From NCBI GenBank assembly GCA_963796455.1, contig CAWCLO010000007.1:64001-128000 (forward strand): a stretch of 64,000 nucleotides of DNA, given 5' to 3'. Both the position numbers and the translations under genes were made by a program. The DNA is from Candidatus Sulfomarinibacteraceae bacterium. Its GTDB lineage: Bacteria > Acidobacteriota > Thermoanaerobaculia > Thermoanaerobaculales > Sulfomarinibacteraceae. Of the stretch, positions 52,192 through 61,922 are shown one piece after another. Positions within the stretch are counted from its first letter, which is position 1; each line of letters opens with the position of its first letter. A model generated the notes under the pieces. The model searched no databases. It saw nothing but the letters and a program-made list of their open reading frames with translations, and had not been told where the DNA came from.

Positions 52192-53961
52192 TCAGTTCGC
52201 CTTTTCCTCCCGGTGCTCGATGATGTGGTGAGCATATGCCACGAGTTTGTCTTCGTCGACCGGCTTGCCGAGGTAGCCCTCCGGGGGAGCCACCGGACGG
52301 TCATAGATGACCTGCCGGAACTCGGGGTGTCCGGTGACGACGCAGACCGGGATTTCTTGTGTTTCAGGCGTATTGCGAAGTTCGACAAATGCCTCCACCC
52401 CGTCTTTGCCGGGCATCGAGAGGTCAAGGCTGATGAGATCGGGTTGGTGTTGCGTCGCCATGGCGATCGCTTCATCACCATCTTCCGCCGTAATGACCTC
52501 GGCCCCGGCGTCTTCAAAGACCGTCACCAGGAAGGTCCGCACATCTTCCTCATCGTCGACAACCAATATCTTGCGGCCGGCAAGGGGTTCGGGGGCCGCG
52601 ACCTTGGTCACCGCGATATCGCCAGGCCCCGGCGCCGCCGCCGGTGCTTTGCTTTCATCGAGGACCAGCGCATTGGCAACCAGATTCACGAGCTGTTTGA
52701 CCTCGCATCCCAGATCGTAGTGCTTGATCAGGTCGTTGAGACCATCGACACAGTTGTGACAGCTGGTGACCACCACCTTGGCTCCGGTGGCTCGAATCTG
52801 ATCGGCCTTGATCTTGGCCGACTCGAGGCGTTTGGGTGTGTACTCCGACATCGACATGGCGCCACCGCCACCGGTGCAACAGAAGCCCTCGGCCCGATTC
52901 GGGTACATCTCCTGAAAGTCCATCGAGACCATGCTCAGGAGCTCTCTGGGCTCCTCGTAGAAACCGCAGCTGCGGGCGTTGTTGCAGGAGTCGTGGAAGG
53001 TCATCTTTTCGGGGTTCCTGGTCGGGTCGACCTTGATCTTCCCCTCCTTGATGTACTTGAGCATCGTCATGACCGAGCTTTCCATCGGAACCGGTTCGCT
53101 TTCACCCGCCCAGTTCACACCCTCACAACGGGTCGAGCGATAACCGTGGCCGCACTCGGAGATCACGATCTTTTCGACACCGAGCTCACGTGCCTTGTCG
53201 TACTCCCGTTTTGCCGATGCGCCCCCGAGGCCGTCGTCGCCGGAAAAGAGACCGAAGTTCGTGTTGTCCCAGCCTTCCTCCGGCATGGTCCAATCCTCAC
53301 CCGCCGCCCAGAAGATCAGCGCCGCCTCTTTGATTGTCCGCGGGTCGTACTTCACCTCCCGCGGATTGATGCAGTACATGATCTTGGCGTCTTTCTTCTC
53401 GACCGGGATCGTGGCAGCGTCGTGGCCGAGGTCCTCTTCCAGCTCCTCCGACATCCACTCGATTGTGTCGAGATAGTCCTCCTTGAGGACGCCCATCTGG
53501 TTGCCGATCTCCCACTGGTCCTTGGAGACCACGCGCACGCCTTCGGGCATCACACCAACATGGGAGAGTAAACCACGCATGATCCGATTCAGGGTCGCGG
53601 TGTCGACCCCCATCGGACAACTCAGCGTGCAACGGCGACAGTTGGTGCAGGTGCCGAAGGAGATGTCCTTGAGGGTCTCGAGGTCGTCATCCGTCAGGGG
53701 GACCTTGTCGGCTCCGACCCACCAAGGAAAGACGCTTCCGGTCCAGTCGTGGTTGGCTTTGAAGAGTTTGCGCACCTGATCAGCCTTGTACGACGGAGTC
53801 ATCTTGTGATCGTCAGGAAAAGCCAGAACGTAGTGACACGCCTGGTCGCACATGCCGCAGTGGACGCAGCCGACGAGGGAACCCACCACCTGGCGGTTGA
53901 GCTTTCTTGCCAGCTGCTCTTCCATCATTTTGATTTTGTGGGTCTTTGTTTGTTTTGCCAT
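52192..53961 (-). CDS. HdrD/TmcB/HmcF-like CCG Fe-S protein fused to a C-terminal receiver domain
   Basis: Two CxxCxxCxxxC motifs; SECGHG, HDSC, FCCTGGGG, TSCHNC; C-terminal VVDD...LDLSMP...KP. Confidence 0.88.
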   Translation of the reverse strand: MAKQTKTHKIKMMEEQLARKLNRQVVGSLVGCVHCGMCDQACHYVLAFPDDHKMTPSYKADQVRKLFKANHDWTGSVFPWWVGADKVPLTDDDLETLKDISFGTCTNCRRCTLSCPMGVDTATLNRIMRGLLSHVGVMPEGVRVVSKDQWEIGNQMGVLKEDYLDTIEWMSEELEEDLGHDAATIPVEKKDAKIMYCINPREVKYDPRTIKEAALIFWAAGEDWTMPEEGWDNTNFGLFSGDDGLGGASAKREYDKARELGVEKIVISECGHGYRSTRCEGVNWAGESEPVPMESSVMTMLKYIKEGKIKVDPTRNPEKMTFHDSCNNARSCGFYEEPRELLSMVSMDFQEMYPNRAEGFCCTGGGGAMSMSEYTPKRLESAKIKADQIRATGAKVVVTSCHNCVDGLNDLIKHYDLGCEVKQLVNLVANALVLDESKAPAAAPGPGDIAVTKVAAPEPLAGRKILVVDDEEDVRTFLVTVFEDAGAEVITAEDGDEAIAMATQHQPDLISLDLSMPGKDGVEAFVELRNTPETQEIPVCVVTGHPEFRQVIYDRPVAPPEGYLGKPVDEDKLVAYAHHIIEHREEKAN

Positions 53962-53969
53962 GAGAACTC

Positions 53970-54662
53970 CTAACCCCGAGAGATCGGGTAGCTGCCCCGA
54001 TGTCCGAGGGCGCGGCCGATATAGGTCCGAGTGAACGGGTAATACAGATAGTGAGAGATCTTGGAAAATGGGACGTAGAGCAGGAAGAAGCTCGTGAGGT
54101 AGAGGTAGGCGACCAGCAGAGTCTCACTGGTCATCCCCCACATCCCGGCCAAATAGGCCTGGGTCAAAACACCAAGGCCGAACCAGGCTGTGAGCATGAA
54201 GAGCGAGAAGTAGTCATCCGGCGTGCTGATGAGGCGCATCAATGGCCGCATCATCCGTCGCAGAATGCGATAGAGGGAGACGCCGAAGGCACCGATCAAA
54301 AGCGCCATCATGGTCCACACGACGGCCGGAATCCTCAAGAAATCAGGAGCGATCGTGCTGATGAAAGCCAACGTGATGCCCGCCACCACGCCGAGATGGA
54401 AGATCACGAAGCTGATATAGAAAACAAAACCTTTTGGTGAACGGGTGCTCTCCATCGACCACGGCATGGCGACGTTGAACAGGGCATACCGTGCGCCGCG
54501 CTCTTTGGTCGATTGTTCGACGTTTCCCGGCGCAGACTTGTCCTTTGCGAGATTGAAGGAAAGAAACCAACGAATCTTGAGGGTGTAGACGATTGCCATC
54601 ACAGCGAGAGCAATCCAGTGAACGATCTCTGCCGTGTGTAGAGCTGGGCTGATTTCGTGCAT
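53970..54662 (-). CDS. NarI/DsrM/HmcE/TmcC-like membrane subunit
   Basis: Multiple TM helices; IFHLG, ISTPDDYFS and YVPFSKISHY motifs. Confidence 0.78.
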   Translation of the reverse strand: MHEISPALHTAEIVHWIALAVMAIVYTLKIRWFLSFNLAKDKSAPGNVEQSTKERGARYALFNVAMPWSMESTRSPKGFVFYISFVIFHLGVVAGITLAFISTIAPDFLRIPAVVWTMMALLIGAFGVSLYRILRRMMRPLMRLISTPDDYFSLFMLTAWFGLGVLTQAYLAGMWGMTSETLLVAYLYLTSFFLLYVPFSKISHYLYYPFTRTYIGRALGHRGSYPISRG

Positions 54663-54663
54663 C

Positions 54664-55191
54664 TCAGGCTCCTTCCTCGATCTGGGCCTTGAAGGGGTTG
54701 AACTCACGCGGGTCCGGGACGGCGATGAGCACCTCTTCAACGGTGGCTCCATTGGCAAGATGGTTGGAGATGGTCTCCACCATCACCCGCGCACACAGAT
54801 CCATCGGCACCTGATAAATGCCCGTGCCGATCGGGGGGAAGGCGAGTTTTTTGACGCCCTTTTCTTCCGCAGCTGCGAGCGCCGCCTTGACGGTCAGCCG
54901 CAGCTTGCCCTCCTCGTCCTCCTCGCGAAACTTGGGACCGTTGGCGTGGATGATCCAGTCGGCCTTGAGAATTCCAGCCTCGGTCACAACCGCCTCGCCG
55001 GTCGGGCAACCGCCAATTTCGTCGAGCTGCTTTTGAATCACGATCCCGCCCCGCTGCTGAATGGCGGCACCATAGCCGGAGCCAAGCTTGACATCCTCGG
55101 TGATGTCGAAGACAAACGCTTCGACATCCATCAGGGTGATGTCTTCTTGAACCAGCCGCAAAGCCTTGTCACCGATTTTCCGCTCCACCAT
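54664..55191 (-). CDS. Macro domain protein
   Basis: VQEDIT, GEAVVTEAG, IIHANGP and AFPPIGTGIY motifs. Confidence 0.85.
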   Translation of the reverse strand: MVERKIGDKALRLVQEDITLMDVEAFVFDITEDVKLGSGYGAAIQQRGGIVIQKQLDEIGGCPTGEAVVTEAGILKADWIIHANGPKFREEDEEGKLRLTVKAALAAAEEKGVKKLAFPPIGTGIYQVPMDLCARVMVETISNHLANGATVEEVLIAVPDPREFNPFKAQIEEGA

Positions 55192-55220
55192 TTTCTCGTC
55201 CTCCCGATTACCGGATTCGA

Positions 55221-55691
55221 TTAAATTTCTCCACAGCCGACACCTTCCAGCTGCGTATAAAAGTCTTTGGCCGTCTCGCGCAACCATTGGGGATCTGCGA
55301 GATCTGCGAGACTGAACTCGTCGAGCACCTCACCGATACGACGGTTGATCATCGTGTAGACCACCCGGCACTCGCAGTACTCGGCACGCAGGCAGGCCTC
55401 CGGTTCGTCGATGCAATCGACGACGCAAACCGGTCCGATGGTCGCCTCGATGATCTGGCGGATGGAGATCTCTTTGGCTCCTTGAGCCAACTTGTAACCG
55501 CCGTGACGTCCGGCGACGCCGCGCACCAGACGGGCGCTGCGAAGGGCGATCGCCACCTGCTCGAGGTAACCGTGCGAGATCCCGGTTCGTTGCGAAACCG
55601 AGGCCAGGCTGACCGGTTTGTTCTCGCCGTTGTGGCGAGCAATATCGAGCATCATCCGAAGGGCGTAACGGCCACGGGTCGAGATCTTCAT
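55221..55691 (-). CDS. Rrf2-family regulator with three Cys
   Basis: STRGRYALRMM, YLEQ, GRHGGY and C..C....C motifs. Confidence 0.92.
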   Translation of the reverse strand: MKISTRGRYALRMMLDIARHNGENKPVSLASVSQRTGISHGYLEQVAIALRSARLVRGVAGRHGGYKLAQGAKEISIRQIIEATIGPVCVVDCIDEPEACLRAEYCECRVVYTMINRRIGEVLDEFSLADLADPQWLRETAKDFYTQLEGVGCGEI

Positions 55692-55848
55692 CGCCTGAAA
55701 AACATATTCCCTATATTCACACCTGTCAACTAGGAATTACAAAATACATAGTTGATCTCAATCTCAAATCTCATATTCGTTGCTGTGTTTGGTCAGGGGT
55801 GTTATTTTGTTCTAGGAAACAGGACCGTCAGGTCCCTTGGGAGGAAGA

Positions 55849-56265
55849 ATGGAACCCAAGACCGCATTACTCATCGACGACGAGCCCGATATCACTACCT
55901 ATTTCGGGACGTTGCTGAGCGACAACGGATGGAACGTACGGACGTCCAACGACCCGAATGAGGGAATCACAATGGCCCAGGAGGCACCGCCGGACATCGT
56001 GCTTCTGGATGTGATGATGCCCGAACGTGGCGGCCTGAGCACGCTCATCGCCCTTCGCAAGGATGAACGAACCGCTAAGATCCCGGTAGTTCTGGTCACG
56101 GGTATCCAGGAGTCGCTCAAATCCGATTTCGGTGATTTTCTCGAGCGTTTCAAGAAGTACCACCCCGATGCTTACCTCCAGAAGCCGGTCGACGAAGCGG
56201 AACTGCTTCAGACCCTGGCGGAGGTCGTGAGCCGAAGCGGCCACGAAGCAGCCTCACCGGCGTAG
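55849..56265 (+). CDS. Single-domain response regulator, divergent from rrf2
   Basis: IDDE, LDVMMP and QKP motifs. Confidence 0.88.
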   Translation: MEPKTALLIDDEPDITTYFGTLLSDNGWNVRTSNDPNEGITMAQEAPPDIVLLDVMMPERGGLSTLIALRKDERTAKIPVVLVTGIQESLKSDFGDFLERFKKYHPDAYLQKPVDEAELLQTLAEVVSRSGHEAASPA

Positions 56266-56804
56266 TCGACTCCGATTCGAGGCAGACGACGAACCTGATC
56301 GTCATCGAATCGAAAGCCGTCGTCGTGGATCCGAAGAGACGATGATGATGCGCACAGATCGATCGCGTCATCGGCGCGCGAGATTTCAAGCGCCTTGCAG
56401 AGCTTGCCGGGACCGTCAGTCAGCGATCCCCGGCTGACCTTCGGCCCGCGCCTGCACCGGGCGAGCTCTCGACCGGCAATCAGCTCGCCACCGCGGATCA
56501 GCACCGCTTCAGGATGACCGGGAGCAACGGTCACGACGTTGAAACAATTGTGCAGCCCGTAGATGAGATACACGTACGAGAACCCGGCTTGACCCCACAT
56601 CGTCTCGGTGCGCCGGGTCCGGCGCCCGGCAAAGGTATGGCACGCTGGATCGCCCACCCCGAGGTAGGCCTCCACATCAGTCAGTCGCAGCGCCACTGAA
56701 CCGGCCGGATGATCACGGATCACCACCTTGCCGAGGAGGTCCCTGGCGACCTCCTCGGTTGCGCGCTGATAGAATTCTCGTGCAAGAACTGGAGGATTCG
56801 TCAT
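56208..56804 (-). CDS. 3-methyladenine DNA glycosylase (MPG/AAG family)
   Basis: VARDLLGK, EAYLG, YVYLIYG, AVLIRG, GPGKLC and RIGV motifs. Confidence 0.88.
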   Translation of the reverse strand: MTNPPVLAREFYQRATEEVARDLLGKVVIRDHPAGSVALRLTDVEAYLGVGDPACHTFAGRRTRRTETMWGQAGFSYVYLIYGLHNCFNVVTVAPGHPEAVLIRGGELIAGRELARCRRGPKVSRGSLTDGPGKLCKALEISRADDAIDLCASSSSLRIHDDGFRFDDDQVRRLPRIGVDYAGEAASWPLRLTTSARV

Positions 56805-57729
56805 GTCGTCGACCATTTGTGTCACCGGGGGCGCTGGATTTATTGGCAGCCATGTGGCCAAGGCTCTGGTGTCCGCCGGCCAGCAGGTCTTGATTGTGGA
56901 CGACCTGTCTTCAGGCCGCAAGGACAAGGTGCCCGATGGGGCCGAGCTTGCCGTGCTCGACATACGCTCGAAGGAAGCCGCCCAGCTGCTGGTCGACCGA
57001 AAGGTCGAGATCCTGGTCCACCATGCCGCGCAGATGGATGTCCGACGATCGGTCGAGGACCCCGCATTCGACGCTGACGTCAATTTGATCGGGTTGCTCA
57101 ATCTCCTGGAGGGAGGGCGCCGGGGTGCGCTCCGGCAGGTGATCTTTGCCTCGACCGGGGGAGCGATCTATGGCGAACAGGACGTCTTTCCGGCTGATGA
57201 GAACCACCCTGTCCGACCGCTTTCACCCTATGGCGTCGCCAAACTCGCCTCTGAACGTTATCTCTACTTCTATCACTGCCAGTATGGGCTCGAAGCGACC
57301 TGCCTGCGCTATGCAAATGTCTACGGTCCGGGCCAGAATCCCCACGGTGAAGCCGGCGTCGTCGCCATATTCAGCCGTCGTCTTCTCGACGCCGAATCGG
57401 TCGTCATCAACGGCGATGGTCTGCAGACTCGCGACTACGTCTTCGTCGACGACGTCGTTCGTGCCAATCTCGCCGCTCTGGGTCGGCCCGGTTTTGCGAT
57501 TTTCAATGTCGGTACGGGCATCGAGACCGATGTCAACACGCTTTTCAACCTGATCGCCGAATCTGCGGAATACGATGAGGCCCCCCAGCACGGGCCCGGG
57601 ATGCCCGGTGAACAGCGTCGCTCCTGTATTTCGTCTGATCTTCTGCTCGAAGAGTTGAGCGTGGCGGTCGATACGCCTCTCACCGAGGGGATTCCGGCGA
57701 CGGTGCAGTGGTTCATGCATCACTCTTGA
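56803..57729 (+). CDS. NAD-dependent epimerase (GalE-like)
   Basis: GGAGFIG, STGGAIYG, YGVAK and RYANVYGP motifs. Confidence 0.92.
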   Translation: MSSTICVTGGAGFIGSHVAKALVSAGQQVLIVDDLSSGRKDKVPDGAELAVLDIRSKEAAQLLVDRKVEILVHHAAQMDVRRSVEDPAFDADVNLIGLLNLLEGGRRGALRQVIFASTGGAIYGEQDVFPADENHPVRPLSPYGVAKLASERYLYFYHCQYGLEATCLRYANVYGPGQNPHGEAGVVAIFSRRLLDAESVVINGDGLQTRDYVFVDDVVRANLAALGRPGFAIFNVGTGIETDVNTLFNLIAESAEYDEAPQHGPGMPGEQRRSCISSDLLLEELSVAVDTPLTEGIPATVQWFMHHS

Positions 57730-57801
57730 CAATGTCACGGTGGCGAGGCACAGTTCGCCGGTGACCGCGCCGGTCAGGCACCGGCCCCATTTGGAGGAGT
57801 C

Positions 57802-58272
57802 ATGGCAATCGATCTCGATTTTTCGAAACTGAGCGGATCAGACACCCTGGATATGGCGATCGCAATTGAAGACGAAGCGCAGATCTACTACGAGCAACTC
57901 GCTGAGTGGGTCGGCCCTGACAAGACCGACGTCGCCGATTTCTTCAGCCGGATGGCGGTGCGCGAAAAGCGACACAAGGATCAGATCATGGTCCAGCGCG
58001 AGCGGCTTTACGGCGATTCGAAAAAGAGCCATGCCGACAAGGTCTCATGGGCCGTGGAGATGCCTGACATCTACAAGATGCCGGATGATGTGACTTTGGA
58101 AAAGGCCTTCCACATCGCGATGGACGCGGAGACCCGCGCCCACGATTTTTATGCCGGCGCCCTCGAGTATGTAACCGACGAAAAAACCAGTGAACTCTTT
58201 GAAGGCCTCCGCCAGGCCGAAGCCGAGCATCAACGGCTGCTCGAGGAAGAGATGCACCGCTTCCTCGACTGA
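57802..58272 (+). CDS. Ferritin-like/rubrerythrin-type diiron protein
   Basis: Two E..ExxH motifs (EKRH, EAEH). Confidence 0.85.
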   Translation: MAIDLDFSKLSGSDTLDMAIAIEDEAQIYYEQLAEWVGPDKTDVADFFSRMAVREKRHKDQIMVQRERLYGDSKKSHADKVSWAVEMPDIYKMPDDVTLEKAFHIAMDAETRAHDFYAGALEYVTDEKTSELFEGLRQAEAEHQRLLEEEMHRFLD

Positions 58273-58326
58273 GCAGCAGAAACTGACTCCGATTTCAGAA
58301 CGTCATCGACCGACCGCGCAGAGCGG

Positions 58327-59691
58327 TCAGGGACCCATCGTCCAGTCTCCCGGTCCGCCGGACTCAAAACCCTCGTCCAGGATGTAGTCGTTTTCTGCCG
58401 CATAGAGCGGCACCAGATCCGGTCCGTTGACCACCCCGAGCGGCGAGTAGTCGCTATAGCCCGGAAAGACGATGCCGAGCCGGTTGTTGCCCATCCGCCG
58501 GATCAAGATCTCCGACAGGACCCGTCTGAAGTCGGTTGTCACCGCAAGATCGGCGCCGTCAAAGAGCTGTCCCTGAGCGAGACCCGGCCATGCGCCGTGG
58601 ATCCCGCCGGTCCCGTTGCCGGACATGACCATCATCAGATTGCCATGCCCGTGATCCGATCCGCGATCCGCATTCTGAACGAGGCGGCGACCGAACTCGC
58701 TCTGCACCACCACCGTGAGCCGTTGCGTGTAGTTGTTCGGACCGGACCCGTCAAGATCGGTGTAGAGGGCCGCAAGACCTTGCGCGAGCGTCCCGAGCAG
58801 TCCCGCAAAATATCCCCCCGATCCGTCGCCCTGCCCGTTGTGGGTGTCCCACCCGCCAAGATCGAGCGCCGCCACCCGCAGCCCGAGGTCGAGTTTCTTC
58901 ATCTGTGCCACGACTTCGAGGGCATCACCGAATGAATTGTTCGGGTACACAGCTCCATTTGCCGGGGTGTAGCTGCCAGAGGTATTGAGCTCGATGATAT
59001 CCATGGCGTCAAGGGCCTGCAGACCCGACTGGTGCAACCAACTGTCGTCAGCCGTGTAGAACTGCCGCAGCGCGAGACGCTGAGCGTCCCGCCAATACGA
59101 GGGGCCCACATCGAGATTGAACCGATTGACTCCCGAGACGTTGATGGTATTTCGATCACCAAACAGGGAGGTGACCTGGGTCGATCCCACCGAAAGCGAC
59201 GGCATGACGATGTTGTCCGGCAGGTTTGTGGCCGAGGCCAGGTGACGAGCCAGCCACCCGGTGGGAGTCGTTTTGATCCCCGGGGTCCCGCGTTCGATGA
59301 ACTCCATGGCATCGAAATGGCTCCGGTTGGCCTCATCGAGCCCGGCCGCCACCACGAAACCGAACTTGCCGTCCTGATACAGCGGGTGAATCGGCGCCAT
59401 GGCCGGGTGCAGACCGAGTTGGTTGTTGAGGTTGATGGCGCTGCCGGAACCGCTCACCGGCACCTTCAGATCGGGACGGGCCGACTCGTAGTAGCCACGA
59501 TCCGAGCCGTCTCGAGGCATCACGACGTTGAGACCGTCCATGCCGCCGCGAAGAAAGACCACCACAAGGGTTTCCTGGTTGAATCCGCTTCCGGGCTCCG
59601 CGAAAGCGAGACTGGTGAATCGCGTGCCTGCGAGACCCGCAATGGCGGCCGAACATCCGGTAATAAATCCACGCCGAGTTGTTCCAGACAT
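58327..59691 (-). CDS. DUF1501 protein with Tat signal
   Basis: TRRGFI, FLRGGMDG, SHFDAM, GGWDTH, SEFGR and DHGHG motifs. Confidence 0.88.
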   Translation of the reverse strand: MSGTTRRGFITGCSAAIAGLAGTRFTSLAFAEPGSGFNQETLVVVFLRGGMDGLNVVMPRDGSDRGYYESARPDLKVPVSGSGSAINLNNQLGLHPAMAPIHPLYQDGKFGFVVAAGLDEANRSHFDAMEFIERGTPGIKTTPTGWLARHLASATNLPDNIVMPSLSVGSTQVTSLFGDRNTINVSGVNRFNLDVGPSYWRDAQRLALRQFYTADDSWLHQSGLQALDAMDIIELNTSGSYTPANGAVYPNNSFGDALEVVAQMKKLDLGLRVAALDLGGWDTHNGQGDGSGGYFAGLLGTLAQGLAALYTDLDGSGPNNYTQRLTVVVQSEFGRRLVQNADRGSDHGHGNLMMVMSGNGTGGIHGAWPGLAQGQLFDGADLAVTTDFRRVLSEILIRRMGNNRLGIVFPGYSDYSPLGVVNGPDLVPLYAAENDYILDEGFESGGPGDWTMGP

Positions 59692-59693
59692 AC

Positions 59694-61400
59694 TCACCTC
59701 CAGAGAAAGCTCGGCGACATGAAAATCAAGGCGACCATCGCGCGCAGCCGTTCCTGCGTTGCCCAATCGTTGTCTACCGGCAAATCAAAGTTCGGGTTGT
59801 GGCCCTGGGCCATGAAATTGACCAATTCCGTGCGATCAGCCGCCGGCATCGGCCGTACCAACACCCTGTTGATCCAATAATCGACCATCTCGTTGGCAGT
59901 TCGAATGTCTCCGGGAGTTCCTTCCAGAATCCCCAGAAGATGGACGTCGTTTCCGTCCTCCACATCGGCAAGCCAGTTGCACAGCCGCCACAGAAAGACC
60001 CTCGGCGTCGCGCTCTGCCAGTCTTCCTTGTAATCGGAGTATCCATTCGGGGCACGCCAATTGAAAAGCGGCTGCCCCCCCTGGTCGTAGTACCAGAGGA
60101 AATCGTTGGTACGGTTGTCGTCCAGCCTCCAGTTGAACTTGTCCGGGACACCACGCATCATGCCCACGGCAATCTCGAAGGGTCGCTTGATTTTTTCTCC
60201 CCAGGTATTCAGAAACTCGTCGGAGAGCAGAATCGTACGCACCACCTCCGCCAACTGATCGGAGTCGTTCTTTTTCGCCTCGAACACTACGGCGGCCGCG
60301 TCGATGACAGCCTGCGGTGGGTCGTCGGAGATCAACCGGCGGCAGAGTTTGCCGGCGATGTGGCGCGCGGTTCCCGGGTGTTCGGCGAGTCGCCGCAAAA
60401 CCTCCTGGCCATCCGCCAGATCAGCCTGGTTGGCCGGGATCCAATCCCCGAGGACATACTTCTGCCACTTGTCGTGGTCTTCGCCGTCGTAATCGAAAAG
60501 CCCGGTATCAAAATCGAAGGACCAACCGGTAAAGCAACGGGTGATTTCAAAGACATCATCGTCGACATAACCTATCGGCCGTCCCGACCCATCTGTCTCC
60601 ACGTCCCCCTGTCTCCGGACACCGAGGTAGTTCTCGGAGCCGAGAGTGTGCAACTCACACAGCTCGCGAGCCCAGTTCTCGTTCGGGCCCGCCGCCGTCG
60701 ACGTGTAGTTGTCGAGGTAATAGAGCATGCATGGGCTGGCAGCGACGGCGTTGACCATCTCACCGAAGTTTCCGAGCATATTGCCGCGGATGACGTCGCG
60801 GTCCCAATGGGTGAAAAGCGGGCCAATCCAGGAATTCCAACCATAAACGTTGAAATGGTTGTGCCAGAAGTCCGCCAGCACTTCCACGAGTTGGCGCTTG
60901 CTGTGAATCGCCCGCAGAAAGGAGAGCCGTTCGATTTCGTAGACCGGCCTCATCCGTTCGCTCCAGCTGACATCCGCTTCGACATGGTCCTGCCAGAGCT
61001 GGGCCTGGGATTTTCCGAGGGAGGTGAATCCAGCCGCGGCAATCTTCGCATCACACGCCGAGTCGTCGATCGCCCCCGGATTGAGCTGCTGGGCGACATA
61101 CGCGGCTTGTCGTTCCTGTTCCGTGGCGCCAAGTGTCCTGTAGGCCTCGACGTCGCCGTGACGCGGACCGAATGCCATACGGTTGAGCGCGATGATCCCG
61201 GCCTCCGGCGGCGGCTCCACCGCTTTGGGGCGGCCTGGGCTGCGGATGGCCCATGGCGTCCTCATCGCCGAAGCGCGCCCGATTATTTTTCTTGGGCGGC
61301 TTTCAGAAGAAATCTCATCGATCCCGGAATCGATGGGTTGGCGCGCCCTTTTCAAGAGTTCTCGACGGTTGATCGTGGACATGCCCTCGGTACGATTCAT
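59694..61400 (-). CDS. DUF1800 protein
   Basis: LNRMAFGP, FWHNHF, NENWARELCELHTLG and FTGW motifs. Confidence 0.88.
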   Translation of the reverse strand: MNRTEGMSTINRRELLKRARQPIDSGIDEISSESRPRKIIGRASAMRTPWAIRSPGRPKAVEPPPEAGIIALNRMAFGPRHGDVEAYRTLGATEQERQAAYVAQQLNPGAIDDSACDAKIAAAGFTSLGKSQAQLWQDHVEADVSWSERMRPVYEIERLSFLRAIHSKRQLVEVLADFWHNHFNVYGWNSWIGPLFTHWDRDVIRGNMLGNFGEMVNAVAASPCMLYYLDNYTSTAAGPNENWARELCELHTLGSENYLGVRRQGDVETDGSGRPIGYVDDDVFEITRCFTGWSFDFDTGLFDYDGEDHDKWQKYVLGDWIPANQADLADGQEVLRRLAEHPGTARHIAGKLCRRLISDDPPQAVIDAAAVVFEAKKNDSDQLAEVVRTILLSDEFLNTWGEKIKRPFEIAVGMMRGVPDKFNWRLDDNRTNDFLWYYDQGGQPLFNWRAPNGYSDYKEDWQSATPRVFLWRLCNWLADVEDGNDVHLLGILEGTPGDIRTANEMVDYWINRVLVRPMPAADRTELVNFMAQGHNPNFDLPVDNDWATQERLRAMVALIFMSPSFLWR

Positions 61401-61639
61401 CTTTGCCACCTCCACCACACGCCCCTTGCCGCTCGCTCCCGGCGGCACGGTTCTGTTTGTGATCAGACCGCTTCAAGGTAGCGGAAACTCGTGATGCCCA
61501 AACGTGTGCTAGATCACATATACTGGTAATGATTCCTGATTTTAACGAAGCGTTAACACGGGGCTTGGGGCTTCAAGGGATCGATCTCACTTCTGAGCAT
61601 GTCCAACCTCAGTTCTGAATCCAAAAGCCGGCATGAACG

Positions 61640-61890
61640 GGCCTCGGACATAACGGAGAAACCGCAGATCACGCAGATGAACGCAGATCAAATCGGGCCC
61701 GGCAATCGGCGTCTATCTGCGCTATCTACGGTTGCCAGCGCGGATGGGCGGGCAGGAAAAAACTTCAGGCCTCAAAACCGACTCTCCGTGGCGTCTGTGG
61801 CTTTTCCTCCCCCAAAAAACCGTTCTCCCCTGCGCCTTGCCGTGCCTCCAGATTCGGGTTCGGGATCGGGAACGGGAACGGGATCGGACG
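61640..61890. repeat. Inverted nonamer pair (ACGCAGATN / ATCTGCG) plus hexamer run (CGGGAW)
   Basis: accgcagatcacgcagatgaacgcagat ... tctatctgcgctatctacggtt; a similar left arm occurs at ~49936-49965. Confidence 0.65.
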
Positions 61891-61922
61891 CTGCGCCTCG
61901 TGTAGACTGTGAAGCTAAGAAG

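Noticed and set aside
55720..55760. Possible Rrf2 operator (tcaacta...tagttga) in the AT-rich divergent region
   Set aside because: Plausible location, but the spacing does not fit a consensus I can state with confidence.
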